A stretch of DNA of 49,213 nucleotides from a virus (lineage: Duplodnaviria; Caudoviricetes). The position numbers and the translations under genes are program-made. The notes beneath the pieces were generated by a model. The model did no database searches. It was not told the DNA's origin and worked only from the letters and a program-made list of their open reading frames with translations. Location: the IMG/VR virus record IMGVR_UViG_3300005323_000008, positions 1 to 49,213 of that record; one strand, given 5' to 3'. Below are positions 36,840-45,880 of the stretch, piece after piece. Position 1 is the stretch's first letter, and each line of letters begins with the position of its first letter.

Positions 36840-37113
36840 GAGGTGCAAATGTCACTTGCAACAAAGGAAGACATGGAAAGAATAAGGCTTGAATATTTAG
36901 ATTATAAAAAAGACCCCAAAAACAGAGCGCTTATAGTTATACAGACTTTATGCGGAGGCGATATAGAATATGCGGATATTGAAAAGTTCAAAACGGATAT
37001 TTATAAAATAGCCCATTCAGCCATTGGTAATTGTCCCCATGCTGACTGGGTAGAGGAAACAGAAAAACTATTTAACGCCTTTGAAAAGGGCGGACTTATT
37101 TAACGTATAGGAG
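36828..37113 (+). repeat. 15-bp direct repeats TTTAACGTATAGGAG flanking one gene
   Basis: Copies at 36828-36842 and 37099-37113; variant TAACGTATAAGGAG at 37286-37299. Confidence 0.85.
36849..37103 (+). CDS. Hypothetical protein
   Basis: ATG 36849 behind AGGAGG. Confidence 0.75.
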   Translation: MSLATKEDMERIRLEYLDYKKDPKNRALIVIQTLCGGDIEYADIEKFKTDIYKIAHSAIGNCPHADWVEETEKLFNAFEKGGLI

Positions 37114-37118
37114 AGTAT

Positions 37119-37295
37119 ATGTTTCAATTAATAACTTTTATTTGTTTATTACTTGCAATATTGCACAATATGGGTGTCGGTAATTGGAGCGTTGCTTCAA
37201 ATTATGTAATTGCAATGATGCTTTTTGGGATAGGCGAATCTTTAGATACAATCCAGCGGTATTTCAAAAACAAAAACAAACATAATAACGTATAA
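37119..37295 (+). CDS. 58-aa membrane protein
   Basis: Read manually: MFQLITFICLLLAILHN...; two hydrophobic stretches. Confidence 0.6.
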   Translation: MFQLITFICLLLAILHNMGVGNWSVASNYVIAMMLFGIGESLDTIQRYFKNKNKHNNV

Positions 37296-37305
37296 GGAGG
37301 GAAAG

Positions 37306-37521
37306 ATGCTGAATAAACATGAAGCATGGCAAAAAAGAAAGATTGATGAAGAATTGGTTTATGAAAGAGCCGAATTAAAGGGAATACCCCCTTGTCAAGA
37401 ATGTTTTTGTTTGGGTAATAATGAATGTGGGCATGAATGCTTAAACAAAGAACAACTTTGTACTCTTGACGATACGCTTGTTTGTCCATGTTGCAAAGAA
37501 TTAAACAAAAGAAAAATTTAG
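37306..37521 (+). CDS. Cys-rich small protein
   Basis: Cys cluster in C-terminal half; AAGGAGG RBS. Confidence 0.7.
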   Translation: MLNKHEAWQKRKIDEELVYERAELKGIPPCQECFCLGNNECGHECLNKEQLCTLDDTLVCPCCKELNKRKI

Positions 37522-37534
37522 GGAGATTATTAAG

Positions 37535-37702
37535 ATGAAACAAAAACGATGGAAGCCGGAACATGGGTATGCTATTGCAATATTGGTTTCAAGAGACGAT
37601 AAGGAACATTTTGAACTTAAAACAAGCGGCATTACAAAATCGAAAAAAGAAACCGCACAAAAACTTATAGCAATAAAAAAAATACTAAGAGGTGAAAAAT
37701 GA
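37535..37702 (+). CDS. 55-aa hypothetical protein
   Basis: AGGGAG RBS; MKQKRWKPEHG... Confidence 0.55.
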   Translation: MKQKRWKPEHGYAIAILVSRDDKEHFELKTSGITKSKKETAQKLIAIKKILRGEK

Positions 37703-38310
37703 CAGCAGAAATGTTCAAGAAAAAGATTACAAGTCGTCCAACGGTTGGAAATAGACCTCCTGATTATTATGCGTTTACTTTATCAGAAGATGAATATGCT
37801 GATATTTACAACTCTCTCAAACGCCTTGAAGAGCTTGAGAAGGCATGTAAAGATATTTATTTAGCAGGGTGCTGGATGTTGCCAGAAAAAACAATGGATG
37901 TCAACGAGCAAGTCAAACTATGGGAATCTTTGAGGACTTGTTTAGGGTTATCTAAAGAACTTAATTGCGGATATAATCCCCAACCTAAATATGTACTAAG
38001 CAGGGATATACCGAGTATAGGAGCTAAGAAAGGGGACAAGGTAGAGCTTAAAAAAGCGTTTGATATAGAGTTTAATATCAATTACGAATACTATGCGGTA
38101 TTACTACAAAGCGGTTTTTCTTTTAGAATAGCTCTTAAAGATGAAATTAAAGACGGCTTGATAGTAGAGCAGAAAGCGAGAGAAGTATATCTTACAATCC
38201 GCAAAGAGGACAACTATATTCAGAAAGAGGACACTTCTTTTACGAAGCCGCCATTATACGTAAATTACAAATGGGAAATAGTTAAATTCGTGGAGGTCTT
38301 AAATGGATAA
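37699..38310 (+). CDS. Hypothetical protein
   Basis: 203-aa ORF. Confidence 0.75.
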   Translation: MTAEMFKKKITSRPTVGNRPPDYYAFTLSEDEYADIYNSLKRLEELEKACKDIYLAGCWMLPEKTMDVNEQVKLWESLRTCLGLSKELNCGYNPQPKYVLSRDIPSIGAKKGDKVELKKAFDIEFNINYEYYAVLLQSGFSFRIALKDEIKDGLIVEQKAREVYLTIRKEDNYIQKEDTSFTKPPLYVNYKWEIVKFVEVLNG

Positions 38311-38548
38311 CTTAAAGAAGTTGTTTGGAAAGCACGCAGTAAATCATATTCAATGCGATGGTAATTTAGACGGGTCTCTGAAAATTATGATATTCTCTCA
38401 ATTTCAATCCGCAGTAGCGGAGATGAAGAAAGAAGAGGTGTGCAATAATTGTTCAAAATTGGGAACGTGTGAAATTTTTCAACTTATGGATAAGAACCAA
38501 TTTGAATACGACAAATGTTATTGTTCAGACTTTGAAAAGGGGGAGTGA
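38303..38548 (+). CDS. Hypothetical protein with Cys motif
   Basis: CNNC....C.....YCSDFE. Confidence 0.7.
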   Translation: MDNLKKLFGKHAVNHIQCDGNLDGSLKIMIFSQFQSAVAEMKKEEVCNNCSKLGTCEIFQLMDKNQFEYDKCYCSDFEKGE

Positions 38549-38901
38549 TGAACGAAATGAAAGAGAAGATAATAGAAATATTAGAGGACGAAATAATGGG
38601 TTATTATAAGCCTGAATATTATTCTAATCTTGCCGACCGCATCCTCTCCCTTATTGAGAAGAAATGCGTGTGGGCTTATCATTCACCAGAACCAACGGCG
38701 TGTATTGGGTATCATTTAACATCATGTGGTGTATTAACCGAATTAAAAACAAGTGGAGATTTCAATTTTGATGAAATCACATTCTGCCCTTATTGCGGAG
38801 GCGTAATACAGATAGAGGGAGAGTCGCCCGAAATAACGACATTTGATATCGGATGGAGAAAGAAAGAGGTTGTTGATAAGCTTAAGGAGGAAGGGAAGTG
38901 A
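38545..38901 (+). CDS. Zinc-ribbon protein
   Basis: TSCG...FCPYCGG. Confidence 0.7.
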   Translation: MMNEMKEKIIEILEDEIMGYYKPEYYSNLADRILSLIEKKCVWAYHSPEPTACIGYHLTSCGVLTELKTSGDFNFDEITFCPYCGGVIQIEGESPEITTFDIGWRKKEVVDKLKEEGK

Positions 38902-39113
38902 TTAGCAAAAGAAAATTAAAAGAGATAGCTAAAATTTACGCCTCTAACGTCCTTATGCAAAATCCTTGTGTAGAAACGAAATTATTAAACCAAGAAGAAA
39001 CGGATTATGTGGAAACTGAAATAATAAAAATTGGTTGTAGAATACAATACAAAACGCAAAATGCAAGTTTGGATGAAATTATAAAAATAGTTATTAACAG
39101 GAGCACCCAATGA
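38898..39113 (+). CDS. Hypothetical protein
   Basis: 71-aa ORF, GTGA overlap. Confidence 0.65.
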   Translation: MISKRKLKEIAKIYASNVLMQNPCVETKLLNQEETDYVETEIIKIGCRIQYKTQNASLDEIIKIVINRSTQ

Positions 39114-39310
39114 GTGAACAGATAAAATATATTTTACAATATCAGATAAATGGTAAATGGATTGATACTCGTTTCAAGACCACAAGAACCATTGAGTGGA
39201 ATAAGAAACCCTATACGTCACTAATTATGAAAATGTTAAATGTATTTTTTGAAAGTAGAATTATCAGACGCACAACAACAATTAAAGAGGAGGTAATATC
39301 AAATGGATAA
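39110..39310 (+). CDS. Small protein of a local paralogue family
   Basis: IKYILQY...G.W.D....RII.RTTT..EEVI. Confidence 0.7.
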   Translation: MSEQIKYILQYQINGKWIDTRFKTTRTIEWNKKPYTSLIMKMLNVFFESRIIRRTTTIKEEVISNG

Positions 39311-39494
39311 TCAGAAGAAAATAAAGTATGCAGTATTCCAAAAAGTAGGCGAAAGATACTTTGAAATGAATAGAGAAAAGAATCTTAAGAAAAAAGGAGC
39401 GGAGGAATTGTACAATTTCTATAAAAAAGAAGAGCCCAAAATGAAATTCTATTTAGTTAAAATAACCAAAACATTGGAGGTGCTTAATGGATAA
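39303..39494 (+). CDS. Small protein, probable member of the same family
   Basis: IKYAVFQ..G..Y....FYLVKIT...EVL. Confidence 0.65.
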   Translation: MDNQKKIKYAVFQKVGERYFEMNREKNLKKKGAEELYNFYKKEEPKMKFYLVKITKTLEVLNG

Positions 39495-40032
39495 TCAGGA
39501 TAAGCAGAAAGAAATAGAGGAACTAATAAGCGGTAGATTCAAAATGGACTTTGATAACGGTGTTGGGACTCCACTTGTATTACATCGGAAAAATGTAGAT
39601 GGTACTTTTAGCTTTGCCACGATAGAGGATATTCAGAAACTTTCTAACCTTGTGTTTGCAAAGGGTAAGGTGGAAAATCATAACGAAATATGCGAGCTAT
39701 GTAAACAGGCTAATGATTTATTCACCAAGTCCGATGTGGAAGAAATAAAGCTTGAATTAAATTCAAAGATTCATACGCTTACAAATAAAAATATCCATTT
39801 AGAAAAGAAGTTGTCCGATGTGGAGAGGAAAGAACTGCAAGCAAAGACCGACACAATAAAAGAAATTATCGGTCAGTTCAATGAAATCAATCGTGAAATT
39901 CCGCTTGCTCTTTCGTATGATGAAGATGCAAGATATAACTATCCAGATAGACAAAATAAAAAATCAAAATTTCTGTTGGACTATTTAGCGGAACTCGAAA
40001 CGCAGTTGACCAAACCCAGGGGGGCTAAATGA
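39487..40032 (+). CDS. Hypothetical coiled-coil protein
   Basis: 181-aa ORF. Confidence 0.75.
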   Translation: MDNQDKQKEIEELISGRFKMDFDNGVGTPLVLHRKNVDGTFSFATIEDIQKLSNLVFAKGKVENHNEICELCKQANDLFTKSDVEEIKLELNSKIHTLTNKNIHLEKKLSDVERKELQAKTDTIKEIIGQFNEINREIPLALSYDEDARYNYPDRQNKKSKFLLDYLAELETQLTKPRGAK

Positions 40033-40146
40033 ATTGGGAAATATTTATCAGCATTGCTCTGTTAATAAATTTTTTAATGACAAACTATTTATTAGAGCGT
40101 ATTAAGAAGATTGAACAAAAATTAAAACAACTTAAGGAGAAATGAG

Positions 40147-40410
40147 ATGGCAAAATATGAAGAAAAGTTTATAGTGATAAACACCAAACACTTAAATAAT
40201 ATTCCCAAAACAAGGAGAGAAAAATTCTTAAAAGAATTAGATGCTATACAAGAGTGGCTACCAAACAATAAATACTATGTATGCAATCAAGATGAACCTT
40301 ACGCTAAAAAAGTAATCAAAACTATTTTAGATGGAGAGAATAAGAAAAAAGAAATCCCCTTATCTAAGAGACAAAAAGAAGTATTCAGACAAAAATATTG
40401 GGAGAGCTAA
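40147..40410 (+). CDS. Conserved phage hypothetical protein
   Basis: KFIVIN.K....N.YYVCNQDEPYA.KV...IL.GE motif. Confidence 0.75.
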   Translation: MAKYEEKFIVINTKHLNNIPKTRREKFLKELDAIQEWLPNNKYYVCNQDEPYAKKVIKTILDGENKKKEIPLSKRQKEVFRQKYWES

Positions 40411-40411
40411 A

Positions 40412-40858
40412 ATGACTATTGAAGAATTGAAAGAAGAAATATCAAGTAATTTCGGAACATCTTGTATCGCGCCTCATTGCGATAATACAGGCGCATATCC
40501 AGTCGAACCCGATGGAGACGCAGAACAATGCGAATTTTGCCATACATTTCCAGCAAGTAAATATAGGCTCAATTTTCTTATCGACAAAGCAGTAGAGCTT
40601 GGCAAGGCAGAGGGGTATAATGACGGTTTTTGTGATGGTTACAACAAAGGACATTCCGAAGGTGCTGAAATCGGTCATTCAAATGAACGCTACCGTATTG
40701 TGGGGGTGATTGATAAAGAAATATCCGATTGGATTTGCATGGCTCAAAACTTAGAATACATTGGCGAGCCAGACGATATAGAGTTGGCAAATGAATATCG
40801 GGAAAACGCAACGCTTATAAGTGGACTCAAAAATAAAATAGGAGGAAGCAATGCGTGA
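40412..40858 (+). CDS. Hypothetical protein with Cys motif and GxxxG repeats
   Basis: Start re-assigned to ATG 40412; GKAEGYNDGFCDGYNKGHSEG. Confidence 0.7.
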   Translation: MTIEELKEEISSNFGTSCIAPHCDNTGAYPVEPDGDAEQCEFCHTFPASKYRLNFLIDKAVELGKAEGYNDGFCDGYNKGHSEGAEIGHSNERYRIVGVIDKEISDWICMAQNLEYIGEPDDIELANEYRENATLISGLKNKIGGSNA

Positions 40859-41390
40859 AATAATTTTTAGAGGGAAAAGAAAAGATAACGGGGAGTGGGT
40901 TTATGGTGGTATTATTTGTTGGAATGGACTTTCTTCAATAGTCAAACACGTTCAATGTATCAATGATAATTGGGCTACTGAAAATATTAGAGTCATTCCC
41001 GAAACCGTTGGACAGTTTACCGGAGTCATAATTGATAATCGAGAGTATGCCGGATATGATAAGGAAGGGAAAGTTTTATATCGGGATGACCCAACCAAGC
41101 TAATTAAAATATTTGAAGATGATAGGATTAAGGTTCGTTGGTTGGCAGAATTAGGGATAACAGAATTTGATTGCGAAACGGTTGGTACTGTCAAATATCT
41201 AACAGAACTTGGAGAGACAGCGGGTTGGTATATTGTTTTTGATAAACCGTATATCAGGCGAGTAGATAAGAATGGAGACTATGAGGAGGATAAATTACAC
41301 TTGGTACAATTTAATGACGATATGACTATAAACTATGAAAAAATCGGCAACATACACGATAAAAAGGAGGAAAAACATGAAAAAGTATGA
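40851..41390 (+). CDS. YopX family protein
   Basis: MREIIFRGKR.DNGEWVYG...ETVGQFTG...IFEDD...IGNIHD. Confidence 0.92.
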   Translation: MREIIFRGKRKDNGEWVYGGIICWNGLSSIVKHVQCINDNWATENIRVIPETVGQFTGVIIDNREYAGYDKEGKVLYRDDPTKLIKIFEDDRIKVRWLAELGITEFDCETVGTVKYLTELGETAGWYIVFDKPYIRRVDKNGDYEEDKLHLVQFNDDMTINYEKIGNIHDKKEEKHEKV

Positions 41391-41529
41391 CCCACTAAAT
41401 CAACTCATAATTTCCGGTTTGGTTTGTAACGAGAATATTCCGCTTGAGGAAAGAATTAAGTTGGTTCAGGCGGAAGAAAAAAGGCTTTACCCGAATAAGC
41501 ACAAAAAGGAGGTCAAACGTGGAAAGTAA
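41377..41529 (+). CDS. Hypothetical protein
   Basis: Start re-assigned to ATG 41377 behind AAGGAGG. Confidence 0.6.
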   Translation: MKKYDPLNQLIISGLVCNENIPLEERIKLVQAEEKRLYPNKHKKEVKRGK

Positions 41530-41884
41530 TTTCACAAGCCTTGAAGTCTCAAAAGAGATGAAGGAATTGGGGTTCGGGCAAGAAACGCATTTTTATTGGC
41601 AATGGCACTGTGTTAACGGGAAATGGTTTCTACGTTCAAATAGTCAAGTAACCGATAGTCTTTATCCCTATGAAAATTTTTGTTCCGCCTACCTCTTTAC
41701 AGAGTTGCTGGAAATGATACCGGAAGATATGCCATTATTTCTATTGCCTGCGTCTATAATAGAATCACTTAAAAAAGGGCAACCTACAAATATTGTAAGC
41801 GTGCAACCGCCATCAGTGAAAATTCTTACACCCGATAACCTCGCCAAACTGATTATACAACTAAAAAAGGAAAATAAGTTATGA
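41519..41884 (+). CDS. Conserved phage hypothetical protein
   Basis: GTG behind AGGAGG; TSLE.SK.MKELGF.Q...FYW...SAY...ELLE..P motif. Confidence 0.7.
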   Translation: MESNFTSLEVSKEMKELGFGQETHFYWQWHCVNGKWFLRSNSQVTDSLYPYENFCSAYLFTELLEMIPEDMPLFLLPASIIESLKKGQPTNIVSVQPPSVKILTPDNLAKLIIQLKKENKL

Positions 41885-42609
41885 AAATCGGCATTTGGAC
41901 TCAAGACGAATCTATGGAGAATCAGAAAAGACTATTCGACAAAGGATTCCGAGGCGCAACAATCGGCTGTCCTTACAAAGATATTTCTTGGGAGGAAGCC
42001 GTAAACAAAATGTACAATGAACGCTACTTGCCCTTAAAACAAATCGGGTACACTCATTTTCTTTTGCAAATGCGTTCGCCAGACGTTCGTTATCAAGATT
42101 TGGTAATTGCCAAGTTTAAGGACTGTCAAGATGTAGAATATCTTTGTGGAGAGCCTTACGAGTTGGTAGAGAAAGAATTAGAAATGACTGATGAAAATGG
42201 GGATAAGTATTTTGTAAGATGGAGCGAGGGAAAGTTACACCATGCCTTAGGCAAACTATATGAAAAAATATTTTTGGGGACATACGGAAAACTTATAATT
42301 GACATTCAACTAAGATTATGGAATAAATTTCCACTTGTGTTGAAAAGAGTACCTTCAAGCTATTTCTGGCAACAAAGAGTTTGGTACAGGGGAATGCCGT
42401 TCGCTTGGATATACGGTCAACTTGCATGGCATAGCTTTATACCCTTTATCGGTTCGTCAAGCTATAAAAGGCTTAAAAGAGAAATGGACAAAAAGGGGAT
42501 TACAACAGCCTATCTTTATCAAGCCGATGAAGGCAAATTCACAAACCTGTTAAACAACTATTTTCAAAAGAAATTCACAAAAGTATTTAACACAATGGGA
42601 GAGAAATAA
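41881..42609 (+). CDS. Hypothetical alpha/beta protein
   Basis: 242-aa ORF, ATGA overlap. Confidence 0.7.
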   Translation: MKIGIWTQDESMENQKRLFDKGFRGATIGCPYKDISWEEAVNKMYNERYLPLKQIGYTHFLLQMRSPDVRYQDLVIAKFKDCQDVEYLCGEPYELVEKELEMTDENGDKYFVRWSEGKLHHALGKLYEKIFLGTYGKLIIDIQLRLWNKFPLVLKRVPSSYFWQQRVWYRGMPFAWIYGQLAWHSFIPFIGSSSYKRLKREMDKKGITTAYLYQADEGKFTNLLNNYFQKKFTKVFNTMGEK

Positions 42610-42610
42610 G

Positions 42611-42850
42611 ATGAAAAACACAACAAAAGAAACAAAATTCTTAAAGGAACTCGAAGCAATAATTAACAGTAATTCTTTTGAGAATAGGAGTGAAACTCCG
42701 GATTTTATTTTAGCAGAATATTTATTCGGTTGTTTAAAGGCGTTTGAAAATTTACAAGTCCAGAAAAACAAATGGTACGGCACGCAACAAAGAATTTCAG
42801 ATGATGGGGGCGACTTGCCAAAAGAAACAATTAAATTCAAAGGAGAGTAA
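42611..42850 (+). CDS. Conserved phage hypothetical protein
   Basis: EL..IIN..S.EN.S.TPDFILAEYL..CL motif. Confidence 0.75.
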   Translation: MKNTTKETKFLKELEAIINSNSFENRSETPDFILAEYLFGCLKAFENLQVQKNKWYGTQQRISDDGGDLPKETIKFKGE

Positions 42851-42851
42851 C

Positions 42852-43043
42852 ATGGGACGGATTAACTTAGTATTATTACCGATTTTCTTTATTGCTATGC
42901 AATATGCAAGTGCCTGCTTGTGGGCTTCATCAGACCTTGCAAGCGACATAAAGGGTTTGCTTGGGTTTATTAGTGGGTTGGCTATTTCAATAACAACTGT
43001 AATCTTGTATATTATAACACTTAATGACATCGAAGGAGAGTAA
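42852..43043 (+). CDS. Two-TM membrane protein
   Basis: Start re-assigned to ATG 42852 behind AAGGAG. Confidence 0.65.
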   Translation: MGRINLVLLPIFFIAMQYASACLWASSDLASDIKGLLGFISGLAISITTVILYIITLNDIEGE

Positions 43044-43046
43044 CAA

Positions 43047-43292
43047 ATGGAAAAACGTAACATTAAAAGGGCACAAGACATTATTGGTAAAATTGAGTCA
43101 TTAGAATTTGATATAAAACGGGCAAAAGAAATTTCAGACCAAGACTCGGTTTACATTGTAGCTTGTTTTGGAAGCAATCAACAATTCAGAGTAAATAATG
43201 CAAAACCGCAGATAAGGGCTTTGGCAAAAATATTTATAAAGAACTGTGAAGATGAAATTAAAGCACTTGAACAAGAACTAGAAACTTTATAA
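43047..43292 (+). CDS. Hypothetical protein
   Basis: 81-aa ORF, AAGGAG RBS. Confidence 0.75.
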   Translation: MEKRNIKRAQDIIGKIESLEFDIKRAKEISDQDSVYIVACFGSNQQFRVNNAKPQIRALAKIFIKNCEDEIKALEQELETL

Positions 43293-43301
43293 GAGGCTAT
43301 T

Positions 43302-43742
43302 ATGAAAAAAGCAATATTCATCTTAATGCTGTTTACCCTCGTTTCGTGCAGTAATCCTGTAAGTCCCGAACCGGAACAAGAATTTGTTATCTTAAAAGGA
43401 CAAACAGTTCTGATTTACGGCAACCCTTTAGGCGAATTTCTCTATATAACGCACAGGGGGGCTTCCGGCATCGTGGAGGGACTTCTGCTCACCTACACCC
43501 ATTCAAAGGGCTCTACGATGGCTATATGGATTCCAGACGTGAAAATTAGAGGGTTCTTAATCTCACTTCCGGACGGAAAGAGAATAGTTCTTTATCAGGT
43601 AGCGGGAAAGTGTGACGAAAATAAGTTAACAATAACATGGAGGTACTATGAGGATAACGTCCGACCTTATTCCGGCATTGTTCATCCTGTTGGTCTTGAT
43701 AGTTGTAATAATTTTAATTTGGAGGGATTATGGAAACAATGA
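43302..43742 (+). CDS. Lipoprotein
   Basis: Signal peptide MKKAIFILMLFTLVS-C lipobox followed by SNPVSPE. Confidence 0.75.
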   Translation: MKKAIFILMLFTLVSCSNPVSPEPEQEFVILKGQTVLIYGNPLGEFLYITHRGASGIVEGLLLTYTHSKGSTMAIWIPDVKIRGFLISLPDGKRIVLYQVAGKCDENKLTITWRYYEDNVRPYSGIVHPVGLDSCNNFNLEGLWKQ

Positions 43743-44119
43743 CAATTTCAGAGTTCGCAAAACTAAACGAAACAAAATGCAACACTATAATTTTCGCAAT
43801 TCAAAAAAAACGGCTAAACGTAATTTCCGAAAGAAAACCCAACGGAGTTATGAAACACCTGATAGTTATAGACGAACTTGCGGAAAATTACGACCCCGAT
43901 TACACAGACAAACCTAAATATAAGGCGTTAAAATACGAAATAAACCACAGGGGAATGTCTGTCCCCCAACCTTGTTGGGTGTATAGAAACGATTGCATGG
44001 GGGGACACATTATGACGGAGACACAGGAACATTATGATGGTATGGTGTTTAATCGTCCCGTAACAAAATCAAATCTTAGTGTTTTTACAGAAAGCCCTTG
44101 CTTTTCGGAGGGAGATTAG
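43730..44119 (+). CDS. Putative HTH DNA-binding protein
   Basis: MTISEFAK......I..AI...RL N-terminus; GGAGG RBS. Confidence 0.6.
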   Translation: METMTISEFAKLNETKCNTIIFAIQKKRLNVISERKPNGVMKHLIVIDELAENYDPDYTDKPKYKALKYEINHRGMSVPQPCWVYRNDCMGGHIMTETQEHYDGMVFNRPVTKSNLSVFTESPCFSEGD

Positions 44120-44235
44120 TTATATTTACAACCAGAATAAGAGAGGATGAAATGATACCCGAAAGTGCTAAATTTATAATCCCGCAGTTAGCAGAGTATG
44201 GCATAGATACCCCTTTAAGGATATGCCATTTCTTA
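44053..44235 (+). repeat. 183-bp dispersed direct repeat, native (donor) copy
   Basis: Matches 28198-28380; both overlapping genes are intact here. Confidence 0.97.
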
Positions 44236-44754
44236 GCACAGGTCATGCACGAATGTAATGATTTTCGAACGGTAGAGGAGGGTTTAAATTATTCAGCAAA
44301 AAGACTATCGGAAGTTTGGGCTTCAAAATTTGCAGTAAAACTAAATGCGAAACCCGTTAAAGGCGCACCCAACCAACTTGCCTTTTCACTTGAGAGACAA
44401 CCAATAAAAATAGCAAATTACGTTTACGCCAACAGATACGGCAACGGAGACGAAAACTCTGGAGACGGTTGGAAATACAGAGGTCGGGGGTATATGCAAG
44501 TCACGTTTAAGGACAACTACAAACGATTTGGAGATTGGGCGAAAACGGATGCTGTTAATTTTCCCGACTTGCTGATAACTCCCAAATACGCTGGATTAAG
44601 TGCTGTTTGGTTTTGGAACTTAAAAAATCTAAATGATTACGCCGATGAAGGTTCGGACAGGCACGTTATAGAATCTATCCGCAAAGTCATAAATGGTGGA
44701 CTAAACGGAATTGAAGATGTTACACAGAGGTTTAACAATATATTTGGAGGATAA
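44152..44754 (+). CDS. Endolysin, glycoside hydrolase family 19
   Basis: HFLAQVMHEC, EEGLNYS, GDGWKYRGRGYMQVT...NY, SAVWFW, INGGLNG; ATG 44152 behind GAGG. Confidence 0.93.
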   Translation: MIPESAKFIIPQLAEYGIDTPLRICHFLAQVMHECNDFRTVEEGLNYSAKRLSEVWASKFAVKLNAKPVKGAPNQLAFSLERQPIKIANYVYANRYGNGDENSGDGWKYRGRGYMQVTFKDNYKRFGDWAKTDAVNFPDLLITPKYAGLSAVWFWNLKNLNDYADEGSDRHVIESIRKVINGGLNGIEDVTQRFNNIFGG

Positions 44755-44801
44755 GTAATGCAAACATCGGGAATCTTTACTATAACTAAAATAGAGGCGT
44801 T

Positions 44802-45359
44802 ATGAGAACAGGGATTTTTGACCTTGAAACGGGAGGATTCTATGCGGATTCATCAATACTCCTGTGTTGTTGCGTTAAAGAATATAGGAAATCTCACATA
44901 TTTACCACAAGAGCAGATAATTATAAAAGTTGGGATAAAGAAAAAACCAACGAAAAAGATATGATAGTTGCAACAGCAAAAATGTTGGATGAATTTGATA
45001 TACTTGTAGCCCATAACGGACAATCGTTTGATAAGGGATATTTTAATGCAAAGTGTCTTGAATACGGCGTAAAACCAATTTTGAGATATAAAAAACTGAT
45101 TGACCCCGTAAGACTTGCAAGAAGACATTTAAGACTTGGAAGAAATACTTTGGCGGCGATTATAGACTATTTCCAGATACCCGTTAAAAAAACTCCGATA
45201 GAACTTCATTTGTGGATAAAAGCAACTCACAACAGCGATAGAAAAGCTATGGACACAATAGTCACACATTGCGACCATGACATTAAAACACTTGATATCG
45301 TTTACGATAAACTAAAACCTTTAATCGACAAAATAGACAATAAAGGCAGTGAGTTTTAA
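44802..45359 (+). CDS. RNase H-fold 3'-5' exonuclease (DEDD / RNase_H_2-like)
   Basis: FDLET, VAHNG.SFD, C..DI motifs. Confidence 0.85.
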   Translation: MRTGIFDLETGGFYADSSILLCCCVKEYRKSHIFTTRADNYKSWDKEKTNEKDMIVATAKMLDEFDILVAHNGQSFDKGYFNAKCLEYGVKPILRYKKLIDPVRLARRHLRLGRNTLAAIIDYFQIPVKKTPIELHLWIKATHNSDRKAMDTIVTHCDHDIKTLDIVYDKLKPLIDKIDNKGSEF

Positions 45360-45879
45360 AGTGATTAAGAAAATACCTCATACACAAGAAGAATTAACTA
45401 ATATTTTTGATTATAACGCAGAAGATGGTTCTTTAATCTGGAGAGAGAAGCCAAGCCAGATTGTTAAAAGCAAAAGTATTGCGGGTGGTGTATCGGATTC
45501 TAATGGCAAACAATATTGTAGGGTAAAATTAGGTGGCAAAAAATATCTTGCACACAGAATTATTTATAAAATGGTTTATGGGGATTTTGACGAATCTTTA
45601 GAGATTGACCATATAGACCATAATGGGTTAAACAACAAAATAGATAATTTGCGCCTTGTTAGTCATATAGAAAATACACAGAACCAATTAAAACGCATTG
45701 ATAATACTTCTGGTATGGTTGGCATATCATGGGATAAAAATATTAAAAAGTGGCGTACATATATAAACGCAAACAAAAACTTTATATATTTAGGTTCATT
45801 TAACGATATTAAAGAGGCGGTAATGACGAGGATGCACGCTGAAATACTTTTCGGATTTCACCCTAATCATGGGAAATAA
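45349..45879 (+). CDS. HNH homing endonuclease with AP2-like C-terminus
   Basis: AHRI...IDHIDHNGLNNKIDNLR...N; NTSG..GISW....KW...I....LG.F...EA. Confidence 0.9.
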   Translation: MSFKVIKKIPHTQEELTNIFDYNAEDGSLIWREKPSQIVKSKSIAGGVSDSNGKQYCRVKLGGKKYLAHRIIYKMVYGDFDESLEIDHIDHNGLNNKIDNLRLVSHIENTQNQLKRIDNTSGMVGISWDKNIKKWRTYINANKNFIYLGSFNDIKEAVMTRMHAEILFGFHPNHGK

Positions 45880-45880
45880 T

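Noticed and set aside
36828-37299. Mini CRISPR array or integron attC sites
   Set aside because: The spacers are whole genes of unequal length, the repeats lack attC inverted cores, and no integrase is present
41881-42609. Glycoside hydrolase (TIM barrel) call from a GEP motif
   Set aside because: One short motif is too little support without a profile search
28198-44235. Diversity-generating retroelement TR/VR pair
   Set aside because: Only one A-to-G difference, no reverse transcriptase in the genome, and the copy disrupts a gene instead of forming a variable C-terminus
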